DNA of 32,000 bases from Halalkalibacterium halodurans. GTDB lineage: Bacteria > Bacillota > Bacilli > Bacillales > Bacillaceae_D. The notes beneath the pieces were generated by a model that did no database searches, was not told where the DNA came from, and saw nothing but the letters and a program-made list of their open reading frames with translations. Position 1 is the stretch's first letter. Every line of letters starts with the position of its first letter. The DNA is taken from the NCBI RefSeq assembly GCF_004376175.1, contig NZ_SNUY01000044.1:2645-34644 (forward strand), written 5' to 3'. This document shows, in pieces, positions 8,137 through 17,755 of the stretch. The position numbers were made by a program, and so were the translations under genes.

Positions 8137-9894
8137 TTAATCTAAGTTCTGGACCTCAAACAGCTTTTTGTACACGCCATTACAGGACATAAGTTCATCA
8201 TGGGTGCCACTCTCGACAATCTCACCATTTTCAACCACGATAATTCGATCGGCATGGGTAATCGTTGACAGCCGATGGGCGACGATAAAGGTCGTACGGT
8301 TTTTCGCAAGCTTTTCCATCGCTTCCTGAATGTAATGTTCACTCTCTAGATCAAGGGCCGATGTTGCTTCATCAAAAATGAGAATCGGCGGGTTTTTCAA
8401 GAACACTCGCGCGATCGCGACCCGTTGCTTCTGCCCCCCTGACAGCTTCACGCCCCGTTCTCCCACTTCGGTATCATAGCCGTTCGGCAGATTCATAATA
8501 AAGTCATGAGCATTGGCTGCTTTTGCGGCCGCGATGACTTCCTCTTCCGTAGCGTCAGGTTTCCCCATTAAAATGTTCATCCGCACAGAATCACTGAAAA
8601 GAATATTTTCTTGCAGTACCATCCCAATTTGATCCCGTAAGCTGCGCACTTGATAGTCACGAATGTCATGACCATCGATCAAAATTCGTCCACTGCTTAC
8701 ATCGTAAAAACGAGGAATTAAGCTGATGAGTGTACTTTTCCCGCCGCCACTCATCCCGACAAATGCGACGGTCTCTCCTCGCTTTACGTGAAAGTGTACG
8801 TCTTTCAGCGCAGGTGCTTCTTCTTTTTCATATGAAAAGGACACATGGTCGAAGGTCACATCTCCGTGGACTTCCTCAAGCTTCACAGCCCCTTCTTTGT
8901 CGACAATATCGTATTTTTCATCAATGAACTCAAAGACTCGATCCATTGACGCGATCGATTGCGTTAGTGTCGTCGACGAGTTGACCAAGCGGCGGAGCGG
9001 GTTGTAGAGACGTTCCATGTACAAGACAAACGCGGTCATTGCCCCGACTTCTAATTCCCCGTTAATGACAAAACAGGCAGCTACAAAAATCACGAGTAGT
9101 GGGGCGATGTCTGTCACAGTGTTAACTACAGCAAAAGTTTTCGCGTTCCATTTCGTATGATCGATCGCCCGATTTAAAAATGTGCCATTTCGCTTGGCAA
9201 ATTGCGTCTGTTCGTAATCTTCGAGGGCAAAGCTACGAATGACGCTCATCCCTTGGACCCGCTCATGCAGATGTCCCTGAACATCCGCGAGCGCTTGAGA
9301 CCTTACCCTTGTTAAATGACGAAGCTTCGCGTAAAAATACTTAATCGAAAATCCGTAAAACGGAAACATGGCAATCGCCACTAACGTCAGCCACGCGTTC
9401 ATCGAAAACATAATCGCTAGAGCAATAATGATTGTGAACATATCGAGCCAAATGTTCATTAATCCTGTCATGACAAAGGTCTTTGTCTGCTCCACATCAT
9501 GGATGACTCGGGAGATGATTTCCCCCACTTTTCGATTTGAGTAAAAGCGAAGGCTTAGCTTTTGAATGTGTGTAAACAAATGGTCACGAATATCATAAAG
9601 AATTTTATTGCCGATCCATTGGGCAAAATATTGGCGATAGTACTCAATCGGTGGGCGCAAAACGATGAAAATAAAAAAGATCCCGCCCATGACTGTAAAT
9701 AGAGCCGAGAATTTCTCCTCGTTCGTCATTTGTTCAGCAAAAATGATTCCATCAATGATGTATGCTACGAGTAGCGGAATCAATAACGGAATGCCAAATT
9801 TCAATAAACCAATAATAATCGTGATAAAAATCTGTTTCCAATAAGGACGGACAAACAATAAATATCGACGTATGCTCTCCAGTGTTACCACCAC
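8137..9894 (-). CDS. ygaD: ABC transporter, fused permease and ATP-binding protein (exporter type), YgaD homologue
   Basis: It has an N-terminal six-TM domain, Walker [10 protein letters not shown], signature [13 protein letters not shown] and Walker [13 protein letters not shown]. The start appears to be GTG. Confidence 0.85.
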   Translation of the reverse strand: MVVTLESIRRYLLFVRPYWKQIFITIIIGLLKFGIPLLIPLLVAYIIDGIIFAEQMTNEEKFSALFTVMGGIFFIFIVLRPPIEYYRQYFAQWIGNKILYDIRDHLFTHIQKLSLRFYSNRKVGEIISRVIHDVEQTKTFVMTGLMNIWLDMFTIIIALAIMFSMNAWLTLVAIAMFPFYGFSIKYFYAKLRHLTRVRSQALADVQGHLHERVQGMSVIRSFALEDYEQTQFAKRNGTFLNRAIDHTKWNAKTFAVVNTVTDIAPLLVIFVAACFVINGELEVGAMTAFVLYMERLYNPLRRLVNSSTTLTQSIASMDRVFEFIDEKYDIVDKEGAVKLEEVHGDVTFDHVSFSYEKEEAPALKDVHFHVKRGETVAFVGMSGGGKSTLISLIPRFYDVSSGRILIDGHDIRDYQVRSLRDQIGMVLQENILFSDSVRMNILMGKPDATEEEVIAAAKAANAHDFIMNLPNGYDTEVGERGVKLSGGQKQRVAIARVFLKNPPILIFDEATSALDLESEHYIQEAMEKLAKNRTTFIVAHRLSTITHADRIIVVENGEIVESGTHDELMSCNGVYKKLFEVQNLD

Positions 9895-10041
9895 TTTCTT
9901 CTAAACCATGCCTATGATAAGGTAAGCTCTTTCCTATGGTTATACGATAGAACGATACTTCATGATGACAATCACGTAGGGCGCACTTACAAGTTTAATC
10001 GGCCATCTACTCACGTTAAAATCATCCATAGGCTAGTGTAA

Positions 10042-10069
10042 AATGAAAGAAAAGCCTGCTTCCAGGCTT
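10042..10069 (-). terminator. Terminator of ygaC
   Basis: On the minus strand the hairpin aagcctg-gaag-caggctt is followed by ttctttcatttt. Confidence 0.5.
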
Positions 10070-10072
10070 CCC

Positions 10073-10600
10073 CTAACGGTATTGCAAAAATCGTTCATAC
10101 CAGCTTTCCACAAACTGCGGCGCAAAAGGCCCTTTTCGTTGATGGATCCATGATACTAATTCATCGACACTACGCTGCAAAATCCGATCGATCTCCGGTG
10201 GATATTTCATCATCTTCCGGTGCATCGCATACTCATCCTCATCTAACAGCTTAAAGGTCATATCAGGAAACACTTTAATATCAAGGTCGTAGTCAATATA
10301 CTTTAGCGCTTCTTCATCCCACGTAAACGGGGTTCCGAGGTTACAGTAAAAGTAAATGCCATCCGCTCGAATCATGCCGATCGTATTAAACCATTGTTCC
10401 GAATCAAAATAACAAATGGCAGGCTCACGTGTTCGCCAATGACGGCCATCTGATTCCTTCACAAGAATTCGGTCATTTCCTCCGATCACAACCTTTGACG
10501 TCCCTTTAAGCACGATGGTTTCTTCCCAAATGCGATGAATCGATCCGTTATGCTTATAGCTCTGTATTTGGATCTTGCTGCCAACTTTGGGAAAATTCAT
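10073..10600 (-). CDS. ygaC: DUF402 / UPF0374 protein, YgaC homologue (nucleoside tri/diphosphatase family)
   Basis: The sequence is typical of YgaC ([37 protein letters not shown]). The ATG at 10600 follows GGAAGGAG. Confidence 0.75.
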   Translation of the reverse strand: MNFPKVGSKIQIQSYKHNGSIHRIWEETIVLKGTSKVVIGGNDRILVKESDGRHWRTREPAICYFDSEQWFNTIGMIRADGIYFYCNLGTPFTWDEEALKYIDYDLDIKVFPDMTFKLLDEDEYAMHRKMMKYPPEIDRILQRSVDELVSWIHQRKGPFAPQFVESWYERFLQYR

Positions 10601-10973
10601 GATCGACTCCTTCCTATTCAATTTTTGGACGTCAGGAGCCTACGCTCCTTTCTTAACCGTTCAACAAAAACTATAGCAACTTTTTCTATCCTTTTTATTA
10701 TACCTGTTTCTTTCTTATTTTGAAACGTTAAGAGTCGCTTTCTATGCCCTTTACCACTTTGCCCCTTTTTATTTAAACTTAGACACTCGGTACACCTACA
10801 TATCTTTATGTACATATTGATCATTTATCACTTCATTTATAGTACGTTCTTTGATGACAAAGAACGGGTTTTCCCTGTTCAAGTATTGAACAACTTTAGT
10901 TTATGCTGAAGCTGTTGGTTTTCTTATTACTTATAGGATGCGAAAGCAGAAAGACAAACTTCATGCTTCATGT

Positions 10974-11022
10974 AAAAAAGAAACACGCTCTCTACTCGGT
11001 TGTAGAGAGCGTGTTCTTTTCT
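10974..11022. terminator. Strong bidirectional terminator downstream of sspE
   Basis: A 14 bp perfect stem aacacgctctctac / gtagagagcgtgtt is flanked by an A-run and a T-run. Confidence 0.75.
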
Positions 11023-11038
11023 TCCTAGACAAGAAACT

Positions 11039-11245
11039 TTATTGGTTTTGTTGACGATTTTGTTGAGCTTGTTGTTGCTTTTTCGCTTCTGCTTGCTGGT
11101 TTTGTTGCTTCACTTCTTGAGCGTTTGTTTCGCTAGCAAATTCCGTAGCAAAGCCAGCGTTTTGCTCAGAAGCTTGGTTTTGACGCTTTACTTCTTGAGC
11201 GTTTGTTTTAGAAGCTTGCGGTTGTTGTTGGCGCTTGTTGTTCAT
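11039..11245 (-). CDS. sspE: Gamma-type small acid-soluble spore protein
   Basis: The protein is Q/N-rich, with repeated TNAQEVK(R/Q)QNQ blocks and the GPR cleavage-type motif TEFASETNAQ, as in B. subtilis SspE. SD is GGAGGTG. Confidence 0.85.
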   Translation of the reverse strand: MNNKRQQQPQASKTNAQEVKRQNQASEQNAGFATEFASETNAQEVKQQNQQAEAKKQQQAQQNRQQNQ

Positions 11246-11307
11246 TCGGTATCACCTCCACGGTAGTTAAGGTGTCCAGGTGATATCCGTTTTATCCAAA
11301 AAATTTT

Positions 11308-12078
<771 letters not shown>

Positions 12079-12152
12079 TCATCACTTCATTATATCGTAT
12101 AGCGAAACGAGTGAACAGGCAGACTAATACAGACTAAAAGGAGGCGGAACAG

Positions 12153-12374
12153 ATGTATGTTGGCAGAGATATGACGGAATTGTCGATGATGAAAAAAACG
12201 GAATGGACTGATAAGGAGCTTGCATACTTCCACCACGGTTTGCAACAAATGATGCCGTATTTAAATGCAGAGGGAGCCACCATTCACCGTGAAATTATCG
12301 AAGAAATCGAACGGCGGGGTGGCTTGAAGCAAGATGCCACTTGGACTCAAGGCTCACAAATCCATCCGGATTAA
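12153..12374 (+). CDS. Small conserved protein at the position of B. subtilis yfhS (sporulation-associated); function unknown
   Basis: SD is AAAGGAGG. The 73 aa length and the location divergent from fabL match yfhS. The identification rests on synteny and size only. Confidence 0.45.
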   Translation: MYVGRDMTELSMMKKTEWTDKELAYFHHGLQQMMPYLNAEGATIHREIIEEIERRGGLKQDATWTQGSQIHPD

Positions 12375-12381
12375 CTTCACA

Positions 12382-12420
12382 AGGTTGCAGCGCATTCGCG
12401 TTGCGACCTCTTTTCTTTTT
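12382..12420 (+). terminator. Rho-independent terminator
   Basis: A 12 bp stem aggttgcagcgc / gcgttgcgacct (two G-U pairs) with a 4 nt loop is followed by cttttcttttt. Confidence 0.65.
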
Positions 12421-12487
12421 ATAGGCATTTCTCACCCCATCCGTTAAAATGAAGGAGAGAAGCTACCGTTAGAATAGGAGTGTCTTT

Positions 12488-13645
12488 ATGATTAAACCAT
12501 CACGGAGGCTAGCTCCGCTTGCAACAAGTGTTTTTACAGAGCTTGCAAACATGAAGGAAGCCTACAAGCAAGACGGACGTGAACTTATTGACCTAAGTAT
12601 CGGTAGCCCAGATCTACCACCTCCAGATTTTGTCGTGCAGAAGATGAACGCTTATGTTTCAAACCCGAATCAATACGGGTATGCCATTACTGGATTAGCA
12701 GCTTTTCATGAAGCGGTGGCTCAGTTTTATCAGCGACGGTATCAAGTGAATGTGAAGCCACATCAAGTTCTTTCTCTTATGGGTTCTCAAGATGGCCTTG
12801 CCCATCTCGCCCTCGCATATGTAGATGCCGGTGACCTGCTTCTAGCTCCTGACCCTGGATATCCGATTTATGCTGCGAGTGCTCATATTGCTGGTGCCGA
12901 GCTCTATACGTATCCTCTCAATGAGGAGAATCAATTTATGTTTGATGTGGAGACATTACCAGACTATGTGAAGCAAAAAGCAAAGCTAATGATTGTCAAC
13001 TATCCCGGTAATCCAACCGCGGCAATGGCAGATGCGGCCTATTTTGAAAAACTGGTTGCCTTTGGCATCGAGCATAACATTCTGATCGTTCATGACTATG
13101 CTTATTCTGAATTACTATTTGATCAACGAGAAGCTTTGAGTATTTTTTCTGTTCCACGTGCTTTTGAAACAGCGATAGAATTTAATTCCTTGTCGAAAAG
13201 CTTCAACATTGCAGGAGCGCGAATCGGTTATGCCATCGGAGCTGAATCGATTCTCCAACCATTGGCTGCACTAAAATCTCACCTTGATTATGGCGTGTTT
13301 CTGCCTGTCCAGTATGGGGCCATTGAAGCACTAGAACATGGTGATGCGTTTTTAGAAACTCAAAGAGAACTGTATGAAAAAAGGCGGAACACATTTGTTG
13401 AAGCGCTTCAACTGAATGGCTGGACAGTGTCTAAGCCTGGGGGCGGCATGTTCATTTGGGCTAAAATTCCTGATGATGGGCGAGATGCCATGTCGTTTGT
13501 CAAACAAGCGATGGAGCATGCCGGTGTCATTGTTACGCCAGGTCATGCTTTCGGAAATGAAGGAGAAGGGTATGTTCGAATGGCTCTCGTTCAACCAGAG
13601 ACCGAGCTACGGAAGGCAGCAAATCAACTAGCGCAAATTCTCTAA
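12488..13645 (+). CDS. Class I/II PLP-dependent aminotransferase (AlaC/DapL-like); substrate not assignable
   Basis: The sequence contains DLSIGSPDLPPP, NYPGNPT and the PLP-lysine motif SLSKSFNIAGARIGY. Confidence 0.8.
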   Translation: MIKPSRRLAPLATSVFTELANMKEAYKQDGRELIDLSIGSPDLPPPDFVVQKMNAYVSNPNQYGYAITGLAAFHEAVAQFYQRRYQVNVKPHQVLSLMGSQDGLAHLALAYVDAGDLLLAPDPGYPIYAASAHIAGAELYTYPLNEENQFMFDVETLPDYVKQKAKLMIVNYPGNPTAAMADAAYFEKLVAFGIEHNILIVHDYAYSELLFDQREALSIFSVPRAFETAIEFNSLSKSFNIAGARIGYAIGAESILQPLAALKSHLDYGVFLPVQYGAIEALEHGDAFLETQRELYEKRRNTFVEALQLNGWTVSKPGGGMFIWAKIPDDGRDAMSFVKQAMEHAGVIVTPGHAFGNEGEGYVRMALVQPETELRKAANQLAQIL

Positions 13646-13662
13646 ACAAAGGAGTGTTTCTG

Positions 13663-14631
13663 ATGAAGGCAGTTGTATATGAACAATACGGAGATCCGAG
13701 TGTATTGAAAGTCATGGACGTGCCAAAACCGACGATTGGACCTACCGACGTCCTTATCAACGTAAAAGCAAGCGGCATAAACCCCGTCGATACGTATTTT
13801 CGTAAGGGCATCCGCCAAGTTGAACAGTTTCCACACATTCCTCACTTTGATGTAGCCGGAGAAATTGTCGAAATAGGATCTGACATACAAAACTGGAAGG
13901 TCGGTGACCGCGTGTGGGCGACAAACATAAAGGGAGCCTCCGCCGAGTATGCCCTCATTCCTGAGCATCTGCTCTTTCCGCTTCCAAAATCGGTCAGCTA
14001 TGAGGAAGGTGCCGCGTTAGCTATGACGTTTATGACCGCCCATCTATCATTGTTTGATCGCGGACGGTTACAAAAAGGGGAAACCGTCCTCATCTATGGA
14101 GGCTCAGGAGCCGTTGGTCATGCTGCGATTCAACTCGCAAAGCGAGCAGGCGCCACCGTCATTACGACTGCCGGTGACCGTGAGAAAGGGGAAATTGCTA
14201 AACAAGCCGGGGCTGATCAGGTGATTTTCTATAAAGAGGAAAGCGTAGTGGACGCAGTAGGCAAAGCAACGAATGGGCAAGGGGTTCCTCTCATTTTAGA
14301 TATGTCTCTTAGTGAAAACATGGCCCAAGATTTTGACATCCTTACGACTGGTGGACGAATTGTTGCAATCGGCTCTCCTGTTGATAATACACCGCCTCTT
14401 TTATGGCGCCAGCTTAATATGAAGCATGCTTCGTTAATCGGCGTCCTTGTGTTCACAGCCCCTAAAAACGTTCTCCGCCAAGCAGGAAAAGAGATCGCTG
14501 AAGGCTTTGAACAAGGGGAACTATCCGCCTATATTGGAAAGGTTTTTCCCATCGATGAAGCGGCTCATGCCCATCGCGCGCTTGAAGCCAAGACCTATCA
14601 AGGGAGAATCATTTTGTCGCACGAGGATTAA
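13663..14631 (+). CDS. NADPH:quinone oxidoreductase / zeta-crystallin-like medium-chain dehydrogenase
   Basis: Motifs present: MKAVVYEQYGDPSVLK, GINPVDTY.R.G, and cofactor motif IYGGSGAVGHAAIQLAK. The ATG lies 8 nt after AAGGAG and 17 nt after the aminotransferase stop, so co-transcription is likely. Confidence 0.8.
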   Translation: MKAVVYEQYGDPSVLKVMDVPKPTIGPTDVLINVKASGINPVDTYFRKGIRQVEQFPHIPHFDVAGEIVEIGSDIQNWKVGDRVWATNIKGASAEYALIPEHLLFPLPKSVSYEEGAALAMTFMTAHLSLFDRGRLQKGETVLIYGGSGAVGHAAIQLAKRAGATVITTAGDREKGEIAKQAGADQVIFYKEESVVDAVGKATNGQGVPLILDMSLSENMAQDFDILTTGGRIVAIGSPVDNTPPLLWRQLNMKHASLIGVLVFTAPKNVLRQAGKEIAEGFEQGELSAYIGKVFPIDEAAHAHRALEAKTYQGRIILSHED

Positions 14632-14686
14632 AACCTTCCTCTCCTTCGCACACTAATCATAAAAGCGGAGGAAGGAGGCGTTTCAT

Positions 14687-15022
14687 TTGGAGAAAGAGAC
14701 TTATTACGTCAATCTAAATCCGATTAGCATGGATACGTTAAGTGCAACACCAGCTAACGACGGACAAATGATCGAATATGAAGTGCGTGTGACCCCTACA
14801 GAAAAGGAAGCATTGGAGCAGCTTCTTCATAGCGCGCAAAAGCATGATATGGAGTTAGGCAATATGTTTTCGTTCCGCCACTTTGATGATGAGAAGGTGG
14901 ACCAAGACAAAGATGACCTTCAATCTAGTCTCAATGACGTCTATGAAGCGATTTATAAATACGGAACTGACGAGACGAAAAGACAGATTCAAGAAATTCA
15001 CTTAGTAAATGACGATCAATGA
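14687..15022 (+). CDS. Hypothetical acidic protein (111 aa), TTG start
   Basis: The ORF has a strong SD (GGAAGGAGG, 8 nt spacing) and is followed by a terminator. I recognised no family. Confidence 0.5.
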   Translation: MEKETYYVNLNPISMDTLSATPANDGQMIEYEVRVTPTEKEALEQLLHSAQKHDMELGNMFSFRHFDDEKVDQDKDDLQSSLNDVYEAIYKYGTDETKRQIQEIHLVNDDQ

Positions 15023-15024
15023 TG

Positions 15025-15052
15025 AAAAGCCTCGTTTTTGCGAGGTTTTTTT
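15025..15052. terminator. Bidirectional terminator
   Basis: The sequence aaaagcctcg-tttttg-cgaggtttttt forms the hairpin. Confidence 0.7.
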
Positions 15053-15076
15053 CATGAGATAAATCTAGTGCAGCAT

Positions 15077-15488
15077 TTAGTTCATATAGTCCGTACATTC
15101 ATCCTCACTATGATTTGTTTTTTCCGTCGTCCTCTCCCAATAGGAAGATTCTTCAATAAACGTTTCCTTTTCACAAAATTGAACGACCTCCTTATCTCTT
15201 TTCGTCACTCCGTATAAGTATTCCAAGTGAGGCTCGTCCGCGAAAACGACCTTGTAATGCCCATGATATACACTATCGTTGATTAAATATTTTGGCTCTA
15301 TATAGGATTGATTCAATAGATCGTCATCTGTGTAGCCCATCGCTTCAAGATGTGTAGTGACATTTTTCGTTACGATAAATTTTTCATACGGGTTGCCGTG
15401 ATTCAAAATGTACATCAAAACAAATGGGGCCGCAATAAAGGCGACTACTATGAGACTAAATCAATAAAAAGATTATTTTCTTTTTCAT
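15077..15488 (-). pseudogene. DUF3139-like small membrane-anchored protein, interrupted by a +1 nt frameshift in its signal-anchor region
   Basis: ATG at 15488..15486 follows GAAGGA and encodes MKKKIIFLLI, then TAG at 15458..15456. The +1 frame continues SLIVVAFIAAPFVLMYILNHGNPYEKF... into the 113 aa track ORF. Removing one A of the aaa run at 15458..15460 restores a single ORF. The body motifs (YHGHY.VVF.DEP, YLYGVTK, QFCEK) fit DUF3139 as I remember it. Confidence 0.55.
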
Positions 15489-15503
15489 ATACGTTGTCCT
15501 TCA

Positions 15504-16262
15504 TTAAAAATTAGAGTAGGATTGTCCTCCATCCACATTAAGGGTAGCACCGACGACCCAACTTGCTTTCTCCGATGCTAAAAATACGGCCACGTTGGCG
15601 ATCTCTTCTACGGTTCCGAACCGTCCGGCTGGGATATTTTGATCGATAAATTGCTCCATTTTTTCTCGGTTTTCTTCTAGCCGTTTTTGCCAGTTTCCGG
15701 TTGGGTGTAAGATGGAGCCAGGGGCAATTCCGTTTACACGAATGCCATCACGAATCACTTCGTCGGCAAGCGATTTCGTGAAGGAAATCATTGCTGCCTT
15801 TGCGCTGTTATAGGTTGCTTTTCCCCCTGATTCTCTGCCAAAAATAGATGAAATGTTAATAATGGCTCCAGATTGCTTTGCTTTCATGACAGGTAACGCT
15901 AATTGACTGAAGTGAACAGCAGAGAAATAATTCAGGCTAAAGGCCTCCTCAAATAAGGAAAGCTCCGTTTCCGAAATGAGGCCACCGTTACTCCCCCCTG
16001 CGTTGTTAACAAGGATATCAATCGTTTCGTATGTCTCAAGCAATTGGCTAAATACTTTTTCTCGCCCGTTCTTGTCAGTTACATCCGCTTGAATCGTCAA
16101 AACATTTCCTAACTGACGTTTCGCCACTTGAAGCCCGTGCGCATCTCGAGCCACGATCGCAACTTTTGCTCCCTCCTCTACAAACGCTTGGGCGATCCCC
16201 TTTCCGATTCCCTTTGACCCACCTGTTACGAGTACAACTTTATCCTTCAGCTGTAAATCCAA
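15504..16262 (-). CDS. Short-chain dehydrogenase/reductase (FabG-like SDR)
   Basis: TGGSKGIGKG cofactor motif, NNAG, and the catalytic S...YxxxK (YNSAKAA) are present. The TTG start after GAAAGGTGGA overlaps the mutY 3' end by 23 nt. Confidence 0.8.
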   Translation of the reverse strand: MDLQLKDKVVLVTGGSKGIGKGIAQAFVEEGAKVAIVARDAHGLQVAKRQLGNVLTIQADVTDKNGREKVFSQLLETYETIDILVNNAGGSNGGLISETELSLFEEAFSLNYFSAVHFSQLALPVMKAKQSGAIINISSIFGRESGGKATYNSAKAAMISFTKSLADEVIRDGIRVNGIAPGSILHPTGNWQKRLEENREKMEQFIDQNIPAGRFGTVEEIANVAVFLASEKASWVVGATLNVDGGQSYSNF

Positions 16263-17358
16263 TGGTATCGTCCACCTTTCTTAGGTTCCCTTGAATGATT
16301 TTTTGATGAGACACGGGAAACGCGTAGTTTTCAATCGTCCTGTCATCCACCCAATCCGCCTCAAACTTGTCATTGAGTGACGGAACTCCTTTGACTGTTG
16401 CTTCATACACGCGAATGTTCCAAATTAAATGAGAGAACACGTGCTCCACTGTTTGTACGTATTCCCCAACTGCAGCATCTAGATGGAATCGTTCATGTAT
16501 GTAATCTCCTAGTACTTGTTGTGCATTTTTTGTGCTTTCCAATTCTACGTTTGGAAATTGCCAAAGCTTGGCCAAAAGTCCTTTTTCAGGCCGACGCTCA
16601 ATTAGAACTTGTCCTTTTTCATTACGAATTACCGCGGCGATAAGTTGCTTTGCTTTCGGCTTTTTCTTTTTCGCTTTTATCGGGAGCTGCTCCTGTACTC
16701 CTGCAGCAAAGGCCCGGCAATGGTCACGAACGGGGCAGAGAAGACAGCCCGGTGATGTCGGTGTGCAGACTAAAGCACCTAACTCCATAAGCCCTTGGTT
16801 GAAAAATGACGGATTTTCTTTTGAAATGAGATCGTATAACAGTGATTCGAACAATGTACGTGTTTTTACTTTCGCGATATCTTCTTCAATATATAATACG
16901 CGGGATAACACACGCATGACGTTCCCGTCTACCGCCGGTTCTGGTTGATCGTATGCAATGCTCAAAATGGCTCCTGCTGTATAAGGACCAACTCCCTTTA
17001 ATTTCGAAATTTCCTTCCGAGTGGACGGTACTTCACCGCCGTAAGATTCCACAACTTCACGTACAGCGGATTGTAAATTTCGCGCTCGCGAATAGTAACC
17101 GAGCCCTTCCCATGCTTTTAGCACTTGATCTTCCTCGGCATACGCAAGAGTTTCCAAGGTCGGGAACTGTCTCATAAAGGCTTGGTAATAGGGAATCACG
17201 GTGTCGACCCTCGTCTGTTGTAGCATGATTTCTGACACCCAGACGCGGTATGGGTCTTTATTCTCCCGCCACGGTAATTCCCGGTAATGGTCAGAAAACC
17301 ATGTAACTAAATCATTCTGAAATGTCGAAATGTCAAAATCTTGTAGTATCTTACTCAC
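16240..17358 (-). CDS. mutY: A/G-specific adenine DNA glycosylase MutY
   Basis: The HhH-GPD region (LPWR...PY.VW.SEIMLQQT, GVGPYTAGAI), the 4Fe-4S cluster loop C..C..CP....C and a C-terminal NUDIX-like domain are all present. The GTG start overlaps the upstream stop (GTGA). Confidence 0.9.
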   Translation of the reverse strand: MSKILQDFDISTFQNDLVTWFSDHYRELPWRENKDPYRVWVSEIMLQQTRVDTVIPYYQAFMRQFPTLETLAYAEEDQVLKAWEGLGYYSRARNLQSAVREVVESYGGEVPSTRKEISKLKGVGPYTAGAILSIAYDQPEPAVDGNVMRVLSRVLYIEEDIAKVKTRTLFESLLYDLISKENPSFFNQGLMELGALVCTPTSPGCLLCPVRDHCRAFAAGVQEQLPIKAKKKKPKAKQLIAAVIRNEKGQVLIERRPEKGLLAKLWQFPNVELESTKNAQQVLGDYIHERFHLDAAVGEYVQTVEHVFSHLIWNIRVYEATVKGVPSLNDKFEADWVDDRTIENYAFPVSHQKIIQGNLRKVDDTIGFTAEG

Positions 17359-17678
17359 GATTGATCCCCCTGTTTTTTTCGTTCAAACGCCCAACAATGG
17401 ATAGCTGAGGCTCCACCTTCCACCATCGGAATAATTTTTCCGAACAGACGATGATCTTCTGATTGACGGAGTTTTTTTAGTACATGATAATGGGATGTAG
17501 TTGGCACTTCAAACATTTCCACATATAAATAAGGTTGATCGGACGCAACGAACCATTCGATGTTTGAGGCTTCATATAATGGAAGCTCCTGCAAAATCTC
17601 CTTCATCACTTGCTCGTATTCATTTATTGTTTCTTTTTTTATTTTGTACTCTATAAAGATTTGTAAAGATTGAGTCAT
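17355..17678 (-). CDS. Hypothetical 107 aa protein with a predicted ferredoxin-like (ABM/Dabb-type) beta-alpha-beta pattern
   Basis: SD is AGAGGAG. Its stop is translationally coupled to the mutY start. The fold guess comes only from the hydrophobic pattern. Confidence 0.5.
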   Translation of the reverse strand: MTQSLQIFIEYKIKKETINEYEQVMKEILQELPLYEASNIEWFVASDQPYLYVEMFEVPTTSHYHVLKKLRQSEDHRLFGKIIPMVEGGASAIHCWAFERKKQGDQS

Positions 17679-17755
17679 TTTTCTGACACTCCTCTGTTGT
17701 TTCCTTGCAAAATCGGGTATAAATATAATAAAGGCTTCAAGGAGGAATACACTAG

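Noticed and set aside
10618-10824. A 68 aa basic ORF upstream of ygaC
   Set aside because: Its SD is weak and it overlaps the ygaC start. It contains a good sigma-A-like promoter for ygaC (TTTCAA-17-TATAAT) inside it, so it is more likely a 5' leader or promoter region.
10903-11028. A 41 aa mini-ORF with a lipoprotein-like N-terminus (MLKLLVFLLLIGC)
   Set aside because: It has no SD and it reads straight through the 14 bp sspE terminator stem. At best it is a remnant of a lost gene in the former ygaB slot.
11039-11245. Internal direct repeats in the Q-rich ORF, considered as a repeat element
   Set aside because: The repeats encode the TNAQEVK.QNQ blocks characteristic of gamma-type SASP (SspE). 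This is a normal feature of the gene.
16532-16948. A 138 aa ORF antisense to mutY. Similar long antisense ORFs occur at 2100..2474, 13533..13968, 19780..20202, 24050..24427 and 28366..28728.
   Set aside because: All lie fully inside well-supported genes on the opposite strand, lack an SD and have low-complexity, Ser/Arg/Cys-rich translations. They are shadow ORFs.
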